Positions 40,671 through 49,957 of a DNA stretch of 64,000 bases are shown piece by piece (position 1 is the first letter of the stretch; the number at the start of each line of letters is the position of its first letter). Below the pieces are notes generated by a model. The model was not told where the DNA came from. It ran no database searches and saw nothing but the letters and a program-made list of their open reading frames with translations. The position numbers and the translations under genes were made by a program. Source of the DNA: Collinsella sp. (GTDB taxonomy: Bacteria; Actinomycetota; Coriobacteriia; Coriobacteriales; Coriobacteriaceae); NCBI GenBank assembly GCA_036298675.1, contig JAXJIO010000031.1, forward strand, positions 21,386-85,385, in the 5' to 3' direction.

Positions 40671-41462
40671 ATGGCATCAACTTCAGACCTTTCCCCGGCC
40701 GAACGTCAGCGATTTATCATGAACTGGCTGGCCGAAAAGCCAAATATCTCGGTATCCGACATCGTTCGCCGCTTTTCGGTTTCGGAAGTTACCGCGCGAC
40801 ACGACCTCGTCTCGCTGGAATCGGAAGGCAAATTGCGTCGCGTACGTGGCGGAGCGGTATCGCTTTCTCGTTCCAATGCCATTTCGTATCCCGAAGAGCG
40901 CATCAATGTCCAAGTCGAGGCCAAGGAGGCAATCGCCGCGACCGCAGCAACTCTTGTTGACGATGGCGACGTTCTGGTGATCGACATCGGCACCACGGCC
41001 TTTTACTTCACTAAGGCCCTCATGGACAAACGCGATATCACCATCATCACCGGCGATCTTGCTATCGCAAACTATGCCAGCTTTAATCTGCCCAATGCTT
41101 CGGTAGTGCTGTTAGGCGGCTCCGTGCGAAAGGGTCACCTTTATCTCGCGGGCGCGCTAACGCTCGACTGCATGAGCAAGCTTCATGCCGACAAGGCATT
41201 TGTCAGCGCGGACGGATTCCATCCCGACCACGGCTTTACCGTCGAGCATGACTTCTCGGCCATGATCAAGAGCATGTATCTGACCAACTCAAACCAGGGC
41301 TATATGATGGTTGACCAGGGAAAGTTCAACAAGACCAGTTTTTATCAGTCCGCGCAGATCGATGACCTCGATGGCATCATCGTTGATGGAGACAATGAGG
41401 GCATCATGACGGCGGCCATCGAAAGCAGCCGCAGTCATCCCAAGCTCTATTTTGCAAAATAA
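40671..41462 (+). CDS. DeoR family transcriptional regulator
   Basis: The ATG at 40671 follows AAAGGAG. The HTH region is ERQRFIMNWLAEKPNISVSDIVRRFSVSEVTARHDLVSLESEGKLRRVRGGA, followed by a DeoR C-terminal sensor domain. The upstream 374 codons of the listed ORF are an antisense artefact. Confidence 0.9.
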   Translation: MASTSDLSPAERQRFIMNWLAEKPNISVSDIVRRFSVSEVTARHDLVSLESEGKLRRVRGGAVSLSRSNAISYPEERINVQVEAKEAIAATAATLVDDGDVLVIDIGTTAFYFTKALMDKRDITIITGDLAIANYASFNLPNASVVLLGGSVRKGHLYLAGALTLDCMSKLHADKAFVSADGFHPDHGFTVEHDFSAMIKSMYLTNSNQGYMMVDQGKFNKTSFYQSAQIDDLDGIIVDGDNEGIMTAAIESSRSHPKLYFAK

Positions 41463-41465
41463 CTC

Positions 41466-41506
41466 AAATGGCCGGTTCGCCCACATCGAGGGCGAACCGG
41501 CCATTT
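41466..41506. terminator. Bidirectional terminator hairpin between the DeoR and HAD genes
   Basis: AAATGGCCGGTTCGCCC-acatcga-GGGCGAACCGGCCATTT, with A/T runs on both sides. Confidence 0.85.
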
Positions 41507-41507
41507 A

Positions 41508-42335
41508 TTAAATCAAGCCGAAGTGGCGCATCGCCGTAACCGTGCCGTCGTGTGCGACGTCGTCGGTTACGTAGTCGGCGACTGCCTTGACCTCGGGCAT
41601 GGCGTTACCCATGGCAACGGCCGTCTCGACGGCGGCGAGCATGCCCAGGTCGTTGCCCGAATCGCCAAAGCCAAAGGTGCGCGCGTTGCCGGTGCGACCC
41701 AGGTGCTCCAACGCGCGCGCCACGCCCACGCCCTTGTCGATGCCCTTGGGGCTCAGTTCACGGTTTTCCCCGCCGGTGTTGCACAGCTCGAAATTGCGCT
41801 CGATAAAGCCGTCGTCGTTGGCCACGCGTGCCAAGTTGGGTGCATTCAGGCACACCTTACCCACGTGCAAACGACCGTCGACGCGCATCTCCCCGGCACC
41901 GTGCACCACGGAAGCGCCGATCAAAGACGACTGTTCAATACCCGCAGGCTCCAGAGCAAAGGTCGCTCCATTGGTTTCGAAAAAGGCCTCGAATCCTGCC
42001 GAGATAATGCGATGTGCGAGTTCTTCGGCTACATCCTCGGCAAAACAGTCCTCGTGCACCACGCGTCCCTCGCCCTCGAGCGTGGCGCCCGCCATGGCAA
42101 CGATGCCTTCGGGATCCAGCTCGCGCAGGCTGTCGGCGATGAGCCATAGGGGGCGGCCGGTGCAGATAAACGCCTTATGACCTGCGTCGCGCAGACGATG
42201 GAACGCCTCGACGACCGCCTGCGAAGGACGGACCGCCGAAAAGTCCTTATCGGTCATATCGTCGGGATCGAACGACGTCAGCGTGCCGTCCACGTCAAAA
42301 AAGAGCACGGCGGAATCGGGGCACGCATCAATCAT
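41508..42335 (-). CDS. Cof-type HAD-IIB family hydrolase
   Basis: FFDVDGTL is motif I and GDSGNDLGML is motif IV. The start was set to the ATG at 42335 (SD AAAGGAA). Confidence 0.88.
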   Translation of the reverse strand: MIDACPDSAVLFFDVDGTLTSFDPDDMTDKDFSAVRPSQAVVEAFHRLRDAGHKAFICTGRPLWLIADSLRELDPEGIVAMAGATLEGEGRVVHEDCFAEDVAEELAHRIISAGFEAFFETNGATFALEPAGIEQSSLIGASVVHGAGEMRVDGRLHVGKVCLNAPNLARVANDDGFIERNFELCNTGGENRELSPKGIDKGVGVARALEHLGRTGNARTFGFGDSGNDLGMLAAVETAVAMGNAMPEVKAVADYVTDDVAHDGTVTAMRHFGLI

Positions 42336-42410
42336 ATGGGTTCCTTTCGGGGGCGAGGGCAAACGGAGCATCCATCATATAATGGAGCGACGCAACCAGA
42401 GAGGTCACCC

Positions 42411-44948
42411 ATGGAATTTTACGCAAGCTGCCCCGAGGGCTTTGAGTCCGCACTCGCCGACGAGCTTAAACGGCTCGGGCTTTCGCATGTCCGCCGCCTA
42501 AAGGGCCGCGCCACGTTTGAGGGCGAGCTCGAGGAGGGCTATCGCGCATGCCTGTGGTCGCGCCTGGCAAGCCGTGTGTTTGTGGTGCTTGCGCGCTTTG
42601 AGGCGCAGGATGCCGACGAGCTGTACGACAGTGTGTACGACATTGCCTGGGAAAGCATCGTCCGCCCCGGCGCTACCATCGCCATCACCGCTCGTGGCGT
42701 GACCGAGCAGCTGCGCAACACGCGCTTCTCGGCCCTGCGCGCCAAGGATGCTCTGTGCGATCGCTTGGCCGAGACCACGGGACATCGCGCCGATGTCGAC
42801 GCCGCCGACCCCGATGTGCACCTGCTGCTCTCGCTGCGCCAGCAGCGCGCGAGCATGAGCCTGGACCTTTCGGGCGATCCGCTGTTCAAGCGCCTGCCGC
42901 CCGCCGCAGCCCGTGCCGGCGAGGGCACGCACGTGCTGCGCCCCGACTACGCCGCCCTGGTGCTGGCGCAGGTCGGCTGGACCGCACTGTGTGAGCGCGA
43001 GCTGACGGCCGACGACTACGAAAACGAGGCCCTGCCCACGCTGATCGACGCCTCGTGCGCCGGCGGCGGCCTGCTGCTGGAGGCAGCGAGCATCCTGACC
43101 GACCGCGCCCCGGGTGCCGCTCGCGAGCGCTGGGGCTTTGAGGGCTGGCAGCTGCACGATGCTGCTCTGTGGGAGCAGCTGGTTGCCGAGGCGCGCGAAC
43201 GCGAGGCCGCAGCCCGCGAGCGCCAGGCGCGCATCGTTGCCGCAGACGTTGACCCCGCCGCCCGAAAGACCGCCGAGCGCATGGTCAAGTGCGCCGGCCA
43301 CAAGCGCTTTGTCGATTTTTGCGCCGCCAAGCCTGCCACTGTGCTGGACCATGCGGGCGCCGTCGCCGGCGCGGCCATCGTCGCGGATACCACCGAGACC
43401 CCGCTTTCGCTCATGCACGACGCCATGACGCTCGTGGGCGAGCTGCGCCGCTCACCCGAGCTTGCCGCGGCACCGGTCGCCGCGCTCACCCGCGATGGGC
43501 TGCTGTCTCGCGCGCTCCATGCCGAGCCCGCGCGCTCGATCGCCGTCATGCCTAATAACGAGGAAGCCGCCGTTGAGGTTTGGCCATCGCTTGATCAGGC
43601 CGCCGCGGCGTTTGAAGCTGCAACCGGCATGGATGCCGAGGAGCAGACCGCGGATACCGAAGACGAGGCCGCCAGCGCCGCCATGCCCAAACCTGCCGCC
43701 ACGCTCGACCTGGGTGACGGCAAGCCGCTGCCCGTGCTGATCCCTGAGTCCGAACAGTTCGCCAACCGCCTGCGCAAGAACGCCCGCCTGCGCCGCAAGT
43801 GGGCAAAGCGCGAGGGCGTGACCTGCTACCGCGTCTACGACGCCGACCTGCCCGATTACTCCGCCGCCATCGACCTATACGAGGGTTGCCCGCAGACGCC
43901 GGGTCGCTGGCTCGTCATCGCCGAATACGCCGCGCCCAAAACGATCGACCCCGCACTGGCTCAGGCCCGCATGCTCGACATTTTGGCCATCGCGCCGCGC
44001 ATCCTGGATGTCCCCGCCGAGCACGTGCACGCTAAGGCCCGCATGCGTTCGCGCGGCGGCTCGCAGTACGGCAAGCAGGGCGCCGGCAAGGGCGGCTCAG
44101 GCGAGCGTGCCAACATCGCGCGCCGCCGCCTGCCGCTCATCGAGGAGGGTGGTCTCACCTTTGCCGTCAACTTTGACGACTACCTGGACGTGGGAATCTT
44201 CCTGGATCACCGCGTCACCCGCAACCTGGTCCGCGAGCACGCCAAGCAGGCGCGCCGTTTTCTCAACCTGTTTGCCTACACCGGCACCGCCACCTGCTAT
44301 GCGGCCGACGGCGGCGTTGAGGAGACGGTGACGGTCGACCTTTCCAACACCTATCTGGACTGGGCCGAACGCAACATGCGCCAGAACGGCTTTGTGGGCC
44401 CGCAGCATCATTTTGTGCGTGACGATGTGCTCGCCTGGATTCGCGACCAGCGCCAGACGCGCAACCGCTGGGACCTGATCTTTGTCGACCCGCCCACGTT
44501 TTCCAACTCGTCCAAGATGGGCCGTCGCACCTGGGATGTCCAGCGCGACCATGTTGAGCTGCTGGCCGGCGTGTCGCGCCTGCTCGCACAGGGCGGCCAT
44601 GCCATCTTTAGTTGCAACCTGCGCGGTTTCCGCCCCGAGACGCGCAAGCTCGCGCGCGCGGGCGTCGTGCTGGAGGACATCACCGCACAGACCATCCCCG
44701 AGGACTTCGCGCGCAACCAAAAGGTGCATCACTGCTATATCGTGCGTCGCCTGCCCATCGAGGACGCCATGGCCGAGGTAGGCTTTAGCGCCGAGGAGAT
44801 TGCCGAGCGCGTCGAAGAGCTGCGCAACCCCGAGGCTCGCAAGCCCCAAAGCGCATTGAGGCCCACGCCCACGGGGAGCGGCAAGCCGAGTGACGCCGCT
44901 AAGCCAAAAAAGAAAAAGTTCTACGCCAGCAAACCTAAGAACAGGTAG
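42411..44948 (+). CDS. rlmL: Bifunctional 23S rRNA (G2445-N2)/(G2069-N7) methyltransferase RlmKL
   Basis: The N-terminal THUMP region (CLWSRLASRV) and the C-terminal FVDPPTFSNSSKM...WDVQRDH closely follow E. coli RlmKL. The protein is about 845 aa, with an acidic/Ala-rich insert and a Lys-rich tail. The start was set to the ATG at 42411. Confidence 0.9.
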   Translation: MEFYASCPEGFESALADELKRLGLSHVRRLKGRATFEGELEEGYRACLWSRLASRVFVVLARFEAQDADELYDSVYDIAWESIVRPGATIAITARGVTEQLRNTRFSALRAKDALCDRLAETTGHRADVDAADPDVHLLLSLRQQRASMSLDLSGDPLFKRLPPAAARAGEGTHVLRPDYAALVLAQVGWTALCERELTADDYENEALPTLIDASCAGGGLLLEAASILTDRAPGAARERWGFEGWQLHDAALWEQLVAEAREREAAARERQARIVAADVDPAARKTAERMVKCAGHKRFVDFCAAKPATVLDHAGAVAGAAIVADTTETPLSLMHDAMTLVGELRRSPELAAAPVAALTRDGLLSRALHAEPARSIAVMPNNEEAAVEVWPSLDQAAAAFEAATGMDAEEQTADTEDEAASAAMPKPAATLDLGDGKPLPVLIPESEQFANRLRKNARLRRKWAKREGVTCYRVYDADLPDYSAAIDLYEGCPQTPGRWLVIAEYAAPKTIDPALAQARMLDILAIAPRILDVPAEHVHAKARMRSRGGSQYGKQGAGKGGSGERANIARRRLPLIEEGGLTFAVNFDDYLDVGIFLDHRVTRNLVREHAKQARRFLNLFAYTGTATCYAADGGVEETVTVDLSNTYLDWAERNMRQNGFVGPQHHFVRDDVLAWIRDQRQTRNRWDLIFVDPPTFSNSSKMGRRTWDVQRDHVELLAGVSRLLAQGGHAIFSCNLRGFRPETRKLARAGVVLEDITAQTIPEDFARNQKVHHCYIVRRLPIEDAMAEVGFSAEEIAERVEELRNPEARKPQSALRPTPTGSGKPSDAAKPKKKKFYASKPKNR

Positions 44949-44960
44949 GCTTCCATGACT

Positions 44961-45001
44961 CCTTGGGGAGGAAAGGCGGGCATGCTCTTCCCTCCCCAAG
45001 G
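44961..45001. repeat. 11-bp inverted repeat CCTTGGGGAGG / CCTCCCCAAGG
   Basis: Read directly, 13 nt after the rlmKL stop. Confidence 0.8.
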
Positions 45002-45009
45002 GCTACCGA

Positions 45010-45051
45010 AAGCGCGACAAGGGAATCGTCCCCTTGCCGCGCTTTTCTTTT
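45010..45051 (+). terminator. Terminator hairpin related to the GACAAAGGG palindrome family
   Basis: AAGCGCGACAAGGG-aatcgtc-CCCTTGCCGCGCTT followed by TTCTTTT. It lies between the convergent rlmKL and kdpE genes. Confidence 0.7.
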
Positions 45052-45060
45052 ACTGTGTTT

Positions 45061-45774
45061 CTAGTCGTGCGTGACCAGACGATAGCCGATTCCCACGTGC
45101 GTCTGGATATAGCGCGGATGCGCGGGGTCGGACTCGATCTTTTTGCGCAGCGTCCCCATAAAGACACGCAGGCTCGCCAGGTCGCTCTTGGTCGCCGTTC
45201 CCCAAATCTCGTGCAGGATAAACTGGTGCGTGAGCACCTTGTCGGCATTATGGGCCAGCAGGCACAGCAGCTTGTACTCAATGGGTGTCAGGTGCAGCTC
45301 CTCGCCCGCCATCGTGGCGATGCCGGCATCAAAATCGATATGCAGCTCGCCGGTATCAAACGAGCCCTCGGAGGCCACACCACCGGTCTGCGCATACGAA
45401 AGGCGCCGAAGCGTGGTGCGGATGCGCGCGAGCAGCTCCTCAACCGAAAACGGCTTGGTCAGGTAATCGTCGGCGCCGGCATCGAGCGCGCGAATCTTAT
45501 CCGCATCCTCGCTGCGTGCCGAGACCACGATGATCGGCATGCCCGACCACGCGCGCACCGACTCCACCACCTTGACGCCGTCCATATCGGGCAGGCCCAG
45601 GTCGAGCAGCACAATACTCGGTGACTGCGACGAGGCGGCGGCGATGGCGGCATGAGCGGTCTCCACAGCCATATGGCGCAGGCCGTGCGCCTCGAGCGCG
45701 GCAACGATAAGGTTGCGAACGGCGGGGTCGTCCTCAACGACCAAGATGAGCGGTTTTACGGCAGAGTTCGGCAC
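45061..45774 (-). CDS. kdpE: OmpR-family response regulator, KdpE-like
   Basis: The receiver domain (ILVVEDD...LLDLGLPDMDG) is followed by a winged-helix domain (IQTHVGIGYRL). The GTG start at 45774 lies 7 nt after AAGGAG and just past the kdpD stop. Confidence 0.88.
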   Translation of the reverse strand: MPNSAVKPLILVVEDDPAVRNLIVAALEAHGLRHMAVETAHAAIAAASSQSPSIVLLDLGLPDMDGVKVVESVRAWSGMPIIVVSARSEDADKIRALDAGADDYLTKPFSVEELLARIRTTLRRLSYAQTGGVASEGSFDTGELHIDFDAGIATMAGEELHLTPIEYKLLCLLAHNADKVLTHQFILHEIWGTATKSDLASLRVFMGTLRKKIESDPAHPRYIQTHVGIGYRLVTHD

Positions 45775-45778
45775 GGCG

Positions 45779-47404
45779 CTACTCCTTATCAAACGAAACA
45801 TCGGCGGCGGGAAGCTCAATCGTAAAGACCGAGCCGTGCGGATCCGCCGCGGTAACCTCTATGCTACCGCCATGTGCCAGCGCAATGGAGCGGCAGAGCG
45901 AAAGCCCCAGGCCCACGCTTCGGTGGCTGTCGGCCAAACCGTGGTTGGCGGTGTAGAACGACTCAAAGATGCGCTCGCGATCCTCGGGTGCGATGCCCGG
46001 ACCGTCATCGGCAACCGAGCACGCCACGCATCCATCGTCTACGCCAATCGAAATCACGATATGCGAGCCTGCGGGCGTATAAGTGATGGCGTTGTTCACC
46101 AGATTGACCACCAGCTGCACCATCAGGCGCGCATCGACGTTGACGAGCGCCGGCTCATCGCACGCCACCACCTTAAGGTCGTGCTCGCGCACGGCAGGGT
46201 TCACGTGGCGCAGCGCCTCCTCGACGATATCGTCCATGAGCTCGAGTGTGGTCGACAGGCGCATACCGCCACCCTCGAGCTTGGTGATGGCGAGCAGGTT
46301 CTCGACGGTGGCGTTGAGCCACAGCGCATCCGAGCGAATGGATAGCAGCAGGCCGCGGCGCGTCTGGGCATCGAGCACGGCGGTGCCGGTCGAGCCTTGG
46401 TCGAGCAGGACATCGGCATTGCCCGAAATACTGGTGAGCGGCGTACGCAGATCGTGCGAGATGGAGCGCAGCAGGTTGGCGCGCAGCTGCTCATTTTTGG
46501 CAAGCACCGCCGCCTCCTCGCGGGCCTCCATGGCGCGGGCGCGATCGAGTGCCAGCTCGCCTTCGCTCACGATGGCATCGGCAAGTGTTCGCTCCTCGTG
46601 CGTCAGCACGTCGGGTTCGGCAACGATAGCCAGCACGCCCACCACCGAGGCGGGGTCGCCCGAGCGCGCGAAGCCGTCGCCTGTGCGAACCGTCAGGTAG
46701 ATGCCATAAAACGCCGAGCCGCCAAACGTGGCGTCGAGCGGCGTTCCCACATAGGCGGACGCCGAGAGCCGCGGCGGCATCTGCGGCGCCAGTTCGTGCA
46801 CCGGTGCGGCATCGCCCACGGCCGTGTATGTCGCACGCGGCAGCAGGTCATCGCCCTCGGCATCGGCGCTGTACCACACGACCGGACAGCCCGAAAGGCG
46901 CGCCAGCTGCGTTGCCATGGCGTGAACGATCTGCTGCTCGTCGGCGCACCGCTGCAGCATGCGGTTGGTCTCGAGCACCATATGCGTGCGGCGGTCGCTG
47001 GCGGCAGCCTGTGCCAAGGCGCGGCGCAGGGCCAACGCAATCGAGCTCGACACAAGCGAGACCACGAACATGATGAAGAACATGCCGGGATAGCCGCGGT
47101 CGATAAGCGACAGCGAGTAGCGCGGGTCGACAAACAAGAAGTTGTAGAGCGCCACGGCGGCAGCCGAGCTCAGCAAGCAATACAGGCGACTCCAGGTAAA
47201 GAATGCGCACAGCTGAACGGCGAACACATAGACGATCATGATGCTCGGCGCGAGACCCGGATGGTCGAGCAGCGCGCCCACAATCGTCGCCGCGACCAGC
47301 AGCCCCACCGATACGCAGGCGTCATACAGAGGAGTGCGGCGCGTCAGCGTTGTGCGCCGCCACCAAAAGCTATCGGCAATATCGCCGTCCGTACGGACGT
47401 CCAT
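45779..47404 (-). CDS. kdpD: Sensor histidine kinase, short KdpD-like (DUF4118 membrane domain, GAF-like, HisKA, HATPase) lacking the N-terminal KdpD/Usp domains
   Basis: 541 aa. It begins directly with the 4-TM DUF4118-like region (LYNFLFVDPRYSL). The H-box is LRSISHDLRTPLTSI and the G-boxes are DDGPGI..GLGLSL. Confidence 0.85.
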   Translation of the reverse strand: MDVRTDGDIADSFWWRRTTLTRRTPLYDACVSVGLLVAATIVGALLDHPGLAPSIMIVYVFAVQLCAFFTWSRLYCLLSSAAAVALYNFLFVDPRYSLSLIDRGYPGMFFIMFVVSLVSSSIALALRRALAQAAASDRRTHMVLETNRMLQRCADEQQIVHAMATQLARLSGCPVVWYSADAEGDDLLPRATYTAVGDAAPVHELAPQMPPRLSASAYVGTPLDATFGGSAFYGIYLTVRTGDGFARSGDPASVVGVLAIVAEPDVLTHEERTLADAIVSEGELALDRARAMEAREEAAVLAKNEQLRANLLRSISHDLRTPLTSISGNADVLLDQGSTGTAVLDAQTRRGLLLSIRSDALWLNATVENLLAITKLEGGGMRLSTTLELMDDIVEEALRHVNPAVREHDLKVVACDEPALVNVDARLMVQLVVNLVNNAITYTPAGSHIVISIGVDDGCVACSVADDGPGIAPEDRERIFESFYTANHGLADSHRSVGLGLSLCRSIALAHGGSIEVTAADPHGSVFTIELPAADVSFDKE

Positions 47405-47420
47405 CAGTGCCCCGCCCCTC

Positions 47421-47470
47421 TCTCAAAAACAAAAACCACCACAAAGGGACAGGCACCTTTGTGGTGGTTT
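47421..47470 (-). terminator. Rho-independent terminator after kup and the small ORF
   Basis: On the minus strand, AAACCACCACAAAGG-tgcctgtc-CCTTTGTGGTGGTTT is followed by TTGTTTTTGAGA. Confidence 0.85.
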
Positions 47471-47515
47471 CCCTTGTGGTGGTTCCAAGTGTAAAGCCTT
47501 TGCAGCCTGCGGTCG

Positions 47516-47710
47516 CTAGACAAACAGCACGTGCGCGAGCAGGGCACACACGCACACCGCTCCAAATACCAGCGCCACGATCGAAATTACGCGATCGGCC
47601 ATATCCATGTTGGCACGATTCGTAAAGAACCGATCTTCGGCGGCGTCGACGCGCGCCTCACGCACCATTTCGACCACCGCCTCATGGCCATCGAGCGCCT
47701 TTGTATCCAT
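47516..47710 (-). CDS. Small tail-anchored membrane protein (64 aa), hypothetical
   Basis: The ATG at 47710 follows GGGGAGG with a 5-nt spacer. The sequence is MDTKALDGHEAVVEMVREARVDAAEDRFF...ISIVALVFGAVCVCALLAHVLFV. It lies between kup and the terminator. Confidence 0.5.
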   Translation of the reverse strand: MDTKALDGHEAVVEMVREARVDAAEDRFFTNRANMDMADRVISIVALVFGAVCVCALLAHVLFV

Positions 47711-47771
47711 GTTTACCTCCCCGGCCCCAATCTTGTCCATCGAAAACCAACTCCGTGCAACCTGTCGGCGC

Positions 47772-49799
47772 CTACGGGCGCTCGTTGGGAGCCAGGCGTT
47801 GCATCTTGTTCACGGCCTTGAACTTGGTGAACAGCGGCACGTACTCAAAGCTCACGTTGGAGTTCTCCAGGCCGTACCAGCGTGCAGGCGTGCCGGCGGC
47901 GCGACGAATGATGTACTTGAGCGTGATGGCCGTACGCTCGCTCGGCTCCACATCGCTTTCGGGCGCCAGAAGCTTACGGATCAGGACGAACTTGAACGTA
48001 CCGATGTTGCCCGGATCCTTGTAGACCGAGTAGTCATGCGTCTGCGCCGGCAGCTCGCCGGTGGCAGCCAGGTCCTGAACGACCTGACGCAGGTAGGCAT
48101 TGACGCGCTGGTTAATCTTGTAGCCCAGGTACAGATGCACGCGGAAAACATAGTCGGTGCCGAACGTCTCGACCGAATAGGCAAAGGTATGCGGCTCGTC
48201 CATGGTCTCGACGTTCACGAACCACCAGGCGCGAGCACGCTTGGGATGCTTGTCCAAGATCGAGTAGACGATATCACGGTCGATGTAATCGGTATGGGTG
48301 TCCTTGGTCAGGTACACGATGTTGTCGCTCATGCGCTCGTAACGGTCGTCGTCGCGCAGGCGCTTGAGCTGCGGCAGATAGCTGCGCAGCGGCAGCAGCG
48401 TAAACTGGCGCTGCTCGACCGCCGTGCCATTGTACCAGCACACCATAATGCCCATGATGAGTGCAGCCATGAGGATGGTGAAGTAGCCGCCGTGGAAGAA
48501 CTTGGTGAGCGAGCTCACGAAGAAGAAGCCTTCGAGCAAAAGGAAGAAGGCCGCGAAGATCCACGGAGCAACCTTGAGCTTGCGCTCCTCGTGCAGGTAG
48601 AAGAAGAGCAGCAGCGTGGTGCACATCATAGTCAGCGTAATGGCAAGGCCGTAAGCGGCCTCCATGTGTGCCGAGTTCTGGAACAGCAGCACCACGATGA
48701 CGCAGCCCACGAGCATGACGTTGTTGACCATGGGGATGTAGAGCTGGCCTTTGGTCTCGGCAGGGTAGAAGACCTGCATGTGCGGCATGAGGTCCAGACG
48801 GCTGGCCTCGGACACCAGCGAGAATGCGCCGGTGATGAGCGCCTGCGAGGCAATGATGGCCGCGACGGTGGAAAGGCCGACGGCAAACGGGCGCAGGCCC
48901 GGGGCGAGCATCTGGTAGAACGGGTTGAGATCGGCAATGCCCATGAGCTCGGGGTTGGCAGCGTTGTTCATAAGCCAAGCGCCCTGGCCCATATAGGAAA
49001 GCAGCAGGCAGCACTTAACGAACGGCCAGGTAGCGTAGATGTTGCCGCGGCCGACGTGGCCCATGTCGGAGTAGAGCGCCTCGGCACCGGTGGTGGCGAG
49101 GAAGCAGCTGCCCAGGATCATGATGCCCGCGTGGTTGTTGGGGCTCAGCAAAAAGGCGATGCCGCGCACCGGGTTGAGGCACAGCAGCACGGCGGGGTGC
49201 TGGAAGACAAAGAACAGACCCGTACCGCCCAGGAACAAAAACCACAGCGTCATGATGGGGCCAAAGGCGTGGCCAATCTTGGCCGTGCCGATGCGCTGCA
49301 CCAAGAAGAGCGCGATGATGATGGCGAGCGTGATGGCGACAACGCGGCCCTGGTCGTCACCGAGCACGGCATGGACCGCCGGAATGGTGCGCAGGCCCTC
49401 GATGGCCGTGGTCACGGTAACGGCAGGCGTCAGGATGCCGTCGGCGAGCAGCGCCGCGCCGCCCAGCATGGCGGGGATGATAAGCCACTTGCCGCAGCGC
49501 TTGACCAGGCTGTACAGGGCAAAGATACCGCCCTCGCCGTGGTTGTCGGCGCGCAGCGAGATCAGCACGTACTTGACGGTCGTCAGCAGCGTGACCGTCC
49601 ACACGACAAGGGAGAGCGCGCCGAGCACGAACTCCTCCGTAACGCTTCCGATGCCGCCGTTGCCGGCAACGAGCGCCTTGGTTACATACATAGGGCTGGT
49701 GCCGATATCGCCATACACCACGCCCAGCGTGACGAGCATCGCCGAGATGCTCACAGGAATCGCAGCGTGCGAGGCTGCCTCCTTGGCCTTTTGTTCCAT
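47772..49799 (-). CDS. kup: KUP/HAK/KT family potassium transporter
   Basis: VVYGDIGTSPMYV is the KUP signature. The protein has 12 TM segments plus a cytoplasmic C-terminal domain. The start was set to the ATG at 49799 (SD GGGAGGAA). Confidence 0.92.
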   Translation of the reverse strand: MEQKAKEAASHAAIPVSISAMLVTLGVVYGDIGTSPMYVTKALVAGNGGIGSVTEEFVLGALSLVVWTVTLLTTVKYVLISLRADNHGEGGIFALYSLVKRCGKWLIIPAMLGGAALLADGILTPAVTVTTAIEGLRTIPAVHAVLGDDQGRVVAITLAIIIALFLVQRIGTAKIGHAFGPIMTLWFLFLGGTGLFFVFQHPAVLLCLNPVRGIAFLLSPNNHAGIMILGSCFLATTGAEALYSDMGHVGRGNIYATWPFVKCCLLLSYMGQGAWLMNNAANPELMGIADLNPFYQMLAPGLRPFAVGLSTVAAIIASQALITGAFSLVSEASRLDLMPHMQVFYPAETKGQLYIPMVNNVMLVGCVIVVLLFQNSAHMEAAYGLAITLTMMCTTLLLFFYLHEERKLKVAPWIFAAFFLLLEGFFFVSSLTKFFHGGYFTILMAALIMGIMVCWYNGTAVEQRQFTLLPLRSYLPQLKRLRDDDRYERMSDNIVYLTKDTHTDYIDRDIVYSILDKHPKRARAWWFVNVETMDEPHTFAYSVETFGTDYVFRVHLYLGYKINQRVNAYLRQVVQDLAATGELPAQTHDYSVYKDPGNIGTFKFVLIRKLLAPESDVEPSERTAITLKYIIRRAAGTPARWYGLENSNVSFEYVPLFTKFKAVNKMQRLAPNERP

Positions 49800-49922
49800 A
49801 AGCCGGTTTCCTCCCAACTTTAATGTTCGAAGGGATTATAGGCAATCGGCCCATGTTTTAATGCACTGTTTTCCCAGCTAGATAAACATTTATACGGCCT
49901 TTAGGCCACCGCAGCGATATGG

Positions 49923-49955
49923 AATGTGACAAAGGGGCTGTCCCTTTGTCACATT
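49923..49955. repeat. Copy of the GTGACAAAGGGAC palindrome
   Basis: AATGTGACAAAGGGGCTGTCCCTTTGTCACATT ends 2 nt 3' of (immediately beside) the nitroreductase stop codon. Confidence 0.95.
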
Positions 49956-49957
49956 CG

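Noticed and set aside
36300-41500. The PTS/tal/DeoR region gives an impression of lower GC and might be a horizontally acquired island.
   Set aside because: I could not compute GC or codon statistics. No integrase, tRNA or flanking direct repeats support an island, so this stays an unverified impression.
42177-42410. N-terminal extensions appear in several listed ORFs: rlmKL (42177), tex (33684), ABC (25348), the SBP (14828), pdxK (22774), the HAD hydrolase (42371) and the EIIC gene (38765).
   Set aside because: In each case an internal ATG or GTG with a good Shine-Dalgarno sequence coincides with the start of family homology. The extensions overlap neighbouring genes or repeats, so the shorter coordinates were used.
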